The notes beneath the pieces are model-generated. The model saw nothing but the letters and a program-made list of their open reading frames with translations. It was not told the DNA's origin and did no database searches. Made by a program: the position numbers and the translations under genes. This document shows positions 15,461 to 15,564 of a stretch of 15,564 nucleotides of DNA, piece by piece. Every line of letters starts with the position of its first letter. Position 1 is the stretch's first letter. Source of the DNA: Phycisphaerales bacterium (GTDB lineage Bacteria > Planctomycetota > Phycisphaerae > WQYP01); NCBI GenBank assembly GCA_027451365.1, contig DAIDJN010000045.1:1-15564 (forward strand). Direction: 5' to 3'.

Positions 15461-15564
15461 ATGCCGAAGCCACCGAATCAGACATTTATCGCCCGTCAGT
15501 TGCATTTAGCCCCCGGAACGGTTTCGCGCGCCTTGCGACAGGAACCGGGAATTAAGCCGGAAAC
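15461..15564 (+). CDS. LacI-family transcriptional regulator, N-terminal HTH (runs off the window)
   Basis: MPKPPNQTFIARQLHLAPGTVSRALRQEPGIKPE matches the LacI HTH pattern IA.......TVSRAL......I...T. Confidence 0.8.
   Translation, partial: MPKPPNQTFIARQLHLAPGTVSRALRQEPGIKPE

Noticed and set aside
1..15564. CRISPR array, tRNA or rRNA genes
   Set aside because: No regularly spaced repeats, cloverleaf or rRNA-like sequence was seen.

Overview
Bacterial chromosomal window, probably Planctomycetota (Phycisphaerae-like). That assignment is an inference from a TIGR04138/Minf_1886-type gene plus a PEP-CTERM protein. The left 2.7 kb is an accessory island holding a compact polymorphic toxin locus on the minus strand. 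It starts with a signal-peptide-bearing 278-aa toxin with an HExxE..H C-terminal domain. In the immunity position immediately after it is a stand-alone homologue of elongation factor G domain IV, which may act as a target decoy. An orphan TNT (NAD+ glycohydrolase) toxin tip and its small immunity gene follow. Both toxin tips begin at the same 14-bp near-perfect direct repeat encoding (F/I)AAE, which suggests tip/immunity cassette exchange. Two nested, truncated IS3-family left ends lie upstream. The rest is mostly core genes: hemL, purU, a small stress cluster (DUF3185, DUF1328, bacterioferritin-like), a tail-anchored coiled-coil protein, an O-antigen ligase family gene, Minf_1886-family, DUF192, a hypothetical membrane protein, rsmA and a class IV aminotransferase. 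The right end has an AT-rich control region with a near-consensus sigma70 promoter, repeated TGTGCGCACA palindromes and a structured leader. A PEP-CTERM protein gene and the start of a LacI-family regulator gene follow, and the regulator's own promoter carries the same palindrome. All family calls come from motif recognition by eye; no database searches were run.
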